In this document: one piece after another, positions 28,499-32,000 of the stretch
Numbering within the stretch: position 1 is the first letter of the stretch
How the letters are laid out: each line of letters starts with the position of its first letter
Assembly (NCBI RefSeq): GCF_000619845.1
Contig: NZ_JHUX01000003.1
Location: 180,001 to 212,000 of the forward strand
From: Alkanindiges illinoisensis DSM 15370
Lineage (GTDB): Bacteria > Pseudomonadota > Gammaproteobacteria > Pseudomonadales > Moraxellaceae
Direction of reading: 5' to 3'
DNA: 32,000 nucleotides
The notes under the pieces: generated by a model
Databases searched by the model: none
Told to the model about the DNA's origin: nothing
What the model saw: only the letters and a program-made list of their open reading frames with translations
Translations under genes and position numbers: made by a program

Positions 28499-29707
28499 AT
28501 GGATCAGCTGATAAAATATCTTCAAGAAATGCTTGCAATTGTAGGCTATAAAAATGTTCATATATGGAAATACCAGCAAGATATAGCAGTAATTGAGTGC
28601 ATTGACTTTGGTGTGGCTTTTGATATCAAGCAATCGCATGGCTACTATGCTATTGATTTACTAGCCCGTAACGCTAATACACGTAAAATTTTAGCGCTTC
28701 TCTACAATGATTTTTTAACTAAACCTAAATCAAGAATTTATAAAGTTCCAGTACATAATGAATTTGCTTTAATAGCTGATTTTATAAAAAGCGAATTTTT
28801 AAAATTAGAAAATTTATTCGTAATTAAGAAAAACTGTTATGGTAGTCCTAAAATATATATGCTTGATGAGAGTAATTTTTTGCAAAAACAGGAAGCTATC
28901 AAAGTCTTCTGGTGGGATGGAGTTGCTAATTTTGGAGATATTTTAGGGCCTTGGCTCATTAGTATGATGACTAAAAGGCCTATAGTCAATGTTCGTGGAA
29001 GTAAGTCATCTAATGCTATCTTTTCAATCGGTTCAATTATTAATATGATGAATACAGATCATATTAACCCTAGTATTTGGGGAAGCGGGCTTATCAATAC
29101 AAATAGTATTCCTAAGTTAGGAGAAAAACTTGCAAAGATTAATATTAAAAAGATTACGGCAGTAAGAGGTAGGCATACTCACCATGAACTTACGCAAAAG
29201 CTGGGATATGTTATACCTGAGGTTTTCGGTGACCCTGCTTTATTACTTCCAGAATACTTTACACCTGACATTATTAAAAAAGATAGAGGTGTATTAGTTC
29301 CTCATTGGAGTCAATTTAAATTATTTGAGAATCTTTCAATAGATAATATTCAATTAGTAAATGTAGGAGATGATGCCCATAAGGTTGTATCAGATATTGC
29401 TAATGCTAAATTCTGTATTGCTACTTCTTTACATGGAATTATAGTTGCACAAGCCTACAATGTACCTTGGGTATGGTTGAATATTAAAGATAAACCCCTT
29501 CATTCAGGCAAGCACTTCAAATTTCATGATTTCTTTTCCATTTTAGAAAATGATAAAATTGTTAGGCACGATTTGAATATCTCCGATATCAGTCAGGAAA
29601 ATATTAGCCAACTAATACATAAAGCCTATCTGCCAAAATTTAACCAATATTTTAATAAAGAATCTTTAATAGAAGCTTTCTATCAATTGGAAATAAAAAA
29701 TGGGTAG
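28499..29707 (+). CDS. Polysaccharide pyruvyl transferase family protein (CsaB/WcaK-like) with an extra ~140-aa N-terminal domain
   Basis: KVFWWDGVANFGDILGPWLI (the N.GD motif opening the family domain) and CIATSLHGIIVAQAYNVPWVWL (the RLHG-type C-terminal motif) are present. The first ATG is 28499 (MDQLIKYL...); the track start 28478 is a TTG. No family was recognised for residues 1-~140. Confidence 0.7.
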   Translation: MDQLIKYLQEMLAIVGYKNVHIWKYQQDIAVIECIDFGVAFDIKQSHGYYAIDLLARNANTRKILALLYNDFLTKPKSRIYKVPVHNEFALIADFIKSEFLKLENLFVIKKNCYGSPKIYMLDESNFLQKQEAIKVFWWDGVANFGDILGPWLISMMTKRPIVNVRGSKSSNAIFSIGSIINMMNTDHINPSIWGSGLINTNSIPKLGEKLAKINIKKITAVRGRHTHHELTQKLGYVIPEVFGDPALLLPEYFTPDIIKKDRGVLVPHWSQFKLFENLSIDNIQLVNVGDDAHKVVSDIANAKFCIATSLHGIIVAQAYNVPWVWLNIKDKPLHSGKHFKFHDFFSILENDKIVRHDLNISDISQENISQLIHKAYLPKFNQYFNKESLIEAFYQLEIKNG

Positions 29708-29851
29708 TTTGCATTTGTTAAAATTAACACTTTTTCAAATAAAACAAAAAGCTTTATAGTGTCTACACATTTGTTATGATAGGGACTATCAGTTAAATAC
29801 GTGTGATAGCGAAACTAGTTGGTATTATATGTTTTAATTAAAATAGTTAAC

Positions 29852-31219
29852 ATGAAAATTGGAGAAATGGGCTCTGCAATGAAAAATTCTTGGTCGATAG
29901 TAGTAACTGCAAAAGCATTACCAGAAAATATTAATATTTTTATAGAACACCATTTAAAGCTTAATCCTAAAGAAATTTTTTTATTTCTAGACGCTCCTGA
30001 TGACTTTGATAATTCACAAGATTTAGTCAAAGCTGATAGTTTAAGAATAATTGAATGTACGCCAGAATTTTGGAAATCAAGGCCACATTTTCATATGCTT
30101 AGATATGAAAAAGGAGTGCGTCCTGAATTAGTAGAATATCGTCAATACCATAATATGCTACATGCTCATTCAATTAGTGACGCCGAGTGGCTGCTTATGA
30201 TGGATATAGATGAGCTATTATATACAAGATCAGACGTAGGAAATTTGCTAAATAAGTATCCTGATAATATTTTTTCAATTTTATTGATGCCAATTGAAGC
30301 GGTTTACAAGGATGATCCTCCAGTTAGTTTTAAAGAAGTATTTGATACAGACTTTTTTAAAACAAGAAAAAAAGTAAACTATGAGTATTGGAATAAAATA
30401 TATGACAGGGAAGGAATCTATCATAAATCTGGTTTTTTCGGCCATGTTACCGGGAAATCTTTTACTCGGGTAAATAAGGAAATAATGCAACCATCTTGTC
30501 ATTTAAATAAACCACTTGACCGTGATTTAGGTTATGCATTTATTGAAGAAAATATGAATATTATGCATTTTGAATCTCAAACACTTGAGATGTTTTCTCA
30601 AAAAATTATTAATAGGTCTAGTAAAAAGTTTAATGTTGGTTTTCTAGATGAGATAAGTGTCAAACGTACCAATAATATAATTAGTATCTATAAAGAAAAA
30701 GGTGAATTAGCCTTATTAGATATATATTTATATATGCATGTTTTTTCAAAAGAAAAAATTAATAAGATTTTAAATGATGGATATATATTAGAAATTACGG
30801 ACAAGACTACTTCAGACTATGTATTTGATCATAAAATAGTTTCTTTCCACCATAGTGTTTTAGTTTATGATCATTCAAAAGATATTGTAATTGCTTTAAA
30901 AGAAGAGGATATTTCTTCCTCTATACATTCAATTGTGAAAATTGCAATAAATAAAGAACGTGTAGATATAGAATCAAAGGCTTTTTTATATTTTGAATAT
31001 AATTATAAAATAGAATATTTATGTGTGGATAGAGATGGAAAAATTATAATATTTAGATCAAATAAAGCCCAATTATTAAATTATTTCACTGATAACAATT
31101 ATTTTTCATTATCAATTGATAATAAATATATAACAGTGAAGCCTAGTTGTGAGGTTTTATTTAAAGCAGAAAAAATTAATAAATGGGAGCAACTATATAA
31201 ATTTAATTTTAGAAGTTAA
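29852..31219 (+). CDS. Family-2-type glycosyltransferase (Glyco_tranf_2_4-like N-terminal domain) with a ~190-aa C-terminal domain of unknown function
   Basis: WSIVVTAKALPENINIFIEHHLKLNPKEIFLFLDAPDD and the DxD-type motif WLLMMDIDELLY fit a GT-A fold. The start is ambiguous: ATG 29852, 29867 or 29879, and the track start 29819 is a TTG. The C-terminal third (from ~aa 280) has no motif I recognise. Confidence 0.6.
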   Translation: MKIGEMGSAMKNSWSIVVTAKALPENINIFIEHHLKLNPKEIFLFLDAPDDFDNSQDLVKADSLRIIECTPEFWKSRPHFHMLRYEKGVRPELVEYRQYHNMLHAHSISDAEWLLMMDIDELLYTRSDVGNLLNKYPDNIFSILLMPIEAVYKDDPPVSFKEVFDTDFFKTRKKVNYEYWNKIYDREGIYHKSGFFGHVTGKSFTRVNKEIMQPSCHLNKPLDRDLGYAFIEENMNIMHFESQTLEMFSQKIINRSSKKFNVGFLDEISVKRTNNIISIYKEKGELALLDIYLYMHVFSKEKINKILNDGYILEITDKTTSDYVFDHKIVSFHHSVLVYDHSKDIVIALKEEDISSSIHSIVKIAINKERVDIESKAFLYFEYNYKIEYLCVDRDGKIIIFRSNKAQLLNYFTDNNYFSLSIDNKYITVKPSCEVLFKAEKINKWEQLYKFNFRS

Positions 31220-31255
31220 GTAGGTTAAGATAATTAATTAAAAAATAATTTTCCT

Positions 31256-31293
31256 TAGGGTAATAGTAAAATTTAGAAGTATTTATTACCCTA
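31256..31293 (+). other. Stem-loop after the glycosyltransferase gene
   Basis: TAGGGTAATA (31256-31265) pairs with TATTACCCTA (31284-31293), a perfect 10-bp inverted repeat with an 18-nt loop, 37 nt after the stop codon. Confidence 0.35.
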
Positions 31294-31527
31294 GAATATA
31301 TTATTATATAATGATATCGATACCTAATATAATTCACTTACTTTATATCTAAAAATATATGTTTTATCCCTCATGAGAGGGAAATATTATTGTAAATAGC
31401 TAAAATTACAAAGTTTTTATGTATAAATTTTCATTACTATATTGTAATCTTTCTACTACTAATCTTAAGACAAAATTGTTTTACAATTAACTTTTAAAAT
31501 TTTGCAATCGTAGCGGGAATTAGTTGT

Positions 31528-32000
31528 ATGAGTAAAATCACAAAATTAATTAACACACCTAACATTTTTTTTAAAGATATGGCTTACAAGACTCTGACCC
31601 AGCGTTTGCCTATGTTATTAGACAATTTAGGCAATAGACTAGAAGTTTTCGACACAAGCCCGAGCCCCGCAAAAAAAGTACCTGTGACTAAGCGACCTGT
31701 TTCTTCAACTAAAGCAGATAATTCAGTAGCAGCAAAAACTATAATACCTTCCTCGATAAATTTGAGTCATATTAATCTCCTGTCACCTATTTATCATATT
31801 ATACATACCGGAGAAGGTATGACTCATGGTCCATCACATTTAAGTTTATGGATTCCAACTTTTTTGACCACACAAATATCTTTTGCTGTCATCGTTCGTA
31901 ACGTAGATTTATATAATTGGGTGGTTGAAAAATATCCTTTTATTAATGTTGCCTATGCTAAAACACCTATAGATATTGAAAATCTATTAAACAATATGGC
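31528..32000 (+). CDS. Capsule-cassette ORF, 5' part only (runs off the window); function unassigned
   Basis: ATG 31528 opens a frame that stays open to the window end (157 codons) and is missing from the ORF track because it is incomplete. Hand translation: MSKITKLINTPNIFFKDMAYKTL...VPVTKRPVSSTKADNS...PIYHIIHTGEGMTHGPSHLSLWIPTFLTTQISFAVIVRNVDLYNWVVEKYPFINVAYAKTP. The N-terminal KL..P..FFKD motif resembles the N-termini of several capsule biosynthesis enzymes as I remember them. Confidence 0.55.
   Translation, partial: MSKITKLINTPNIFFKDMAYKTLTQRLPMLLDNLGNRLEVFDTSPSPAKKVPVTKRPVSSTKADNSVAAKTIIPSSINLSHINLLSPIYHIIHTGEGMTHGPSHLSLWIPTFLTTQISFAVIVRNVDLYNWVVEKYPFINVAYAKTPIDIENLLNNM

Noticed and set aside
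25435-30373. Homopolymeric tracts inside cassette genes (A7 at 25435-25441, A7 near 25816, T7 at 29976-29982, A7 at 30367-30373) as phase-variation switches like the poly-G tracts of Campylobacter capsule loci
   Set aside because: Runs of 7 A/T are expected by composition in DNA this AT-rich and are short for efficient slipped-strand mispairing. All the frames are intact.
1-32000. Short ORFs in the track lying antisense to or out of frame with the called genes (e.g. 240-524, 311-532, 1230-1643, 2603-2917, 3763-4026, 5352-5693, 6108-6314, 9115-9396, 10133-10357, 12012-12275, 13704-13940, 16333-16638, 18412-18600, 19645-19926, 21893-22114, 29815-30030, 30281-30502)
   Set aside because: Each is fully contained within a longer ORF that carries clear family motifs. 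Their translations are low-complexity or compositionally odd and show no recognisable motifs.
1-32000. Search for CRISPR arrays, IS elements or transposase genes, integrases, tRNA/rRNA genes, toxin-antitoxin pairs or known defence-system genes (nucleases, helicases, NTPases, reverse transcriptases) flanking the AT-rich island
   Set aside because: I could find none by eye. All sizeable ORFs are accounted for by metabolic, envelope or capsule functions. No regularly spaced direct repeats or terminal inverted repeats were seen. The right-hand island boundary is outside the window, so mobility genes could still lie beyond 32000.

Overview
The window looks like an Acinetobacter-type (Moraxellaceae) chromosome; this is inferred from a CarO-like porin and overall gene content and was not verified by any search. 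Positions 1-20.7 kb are ordinary housekeeping DNA. They hold a 3'-truncated membrane PAS-PAS-GGDEF-EAL c-di-GMP protein, rsmE, bioA, a small membrane ORF, metF, and ahcY preceded by a recognisable SAH riboswitch. They also hold carO, cysB, a sulfate-uptake operon (sbp, an embedded alpha/beta hydrolase, cysT, cysW, cysA), pabC-mltG-tmk, nadB and a degP/mucD-type protease. From about 20.7 kb to the window end the character changes. A tightly coupled kpsM-kpsT-kpsE-kpsD export block (ABC-transporter-dependent, 'group 2' capsule machinery, closely resembling E. coli Kps proteins as I recall them) is followed by a strongly AT-rich cassette of loosely spaced genes. These are a 965-aa three-module enzyme (alpha/beta-hydrolase-fold module, beta-rich module, TagF-like phosphotransferase module), a polysaccharide pyruvyl transferase with an unexplained N-terminal extension, a GT2-type glycosyltransferase with an unexplained C-terminal domain, and a truncated fourth ORF. 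I consider this cassette the most interesting content. It is a candidate uncharacterised biosynthetic 'region 2' for a teichoic-acid-like, possibly acetylated and pyruvylated capsule, in a genus whose known capsules are Wzx/Wzy-dependent. I recognised no rRNA, tRNA, CRISPR array, IS element or defence-system gene. All protein-family calls rest on motif recognition by eye, not on database searches.
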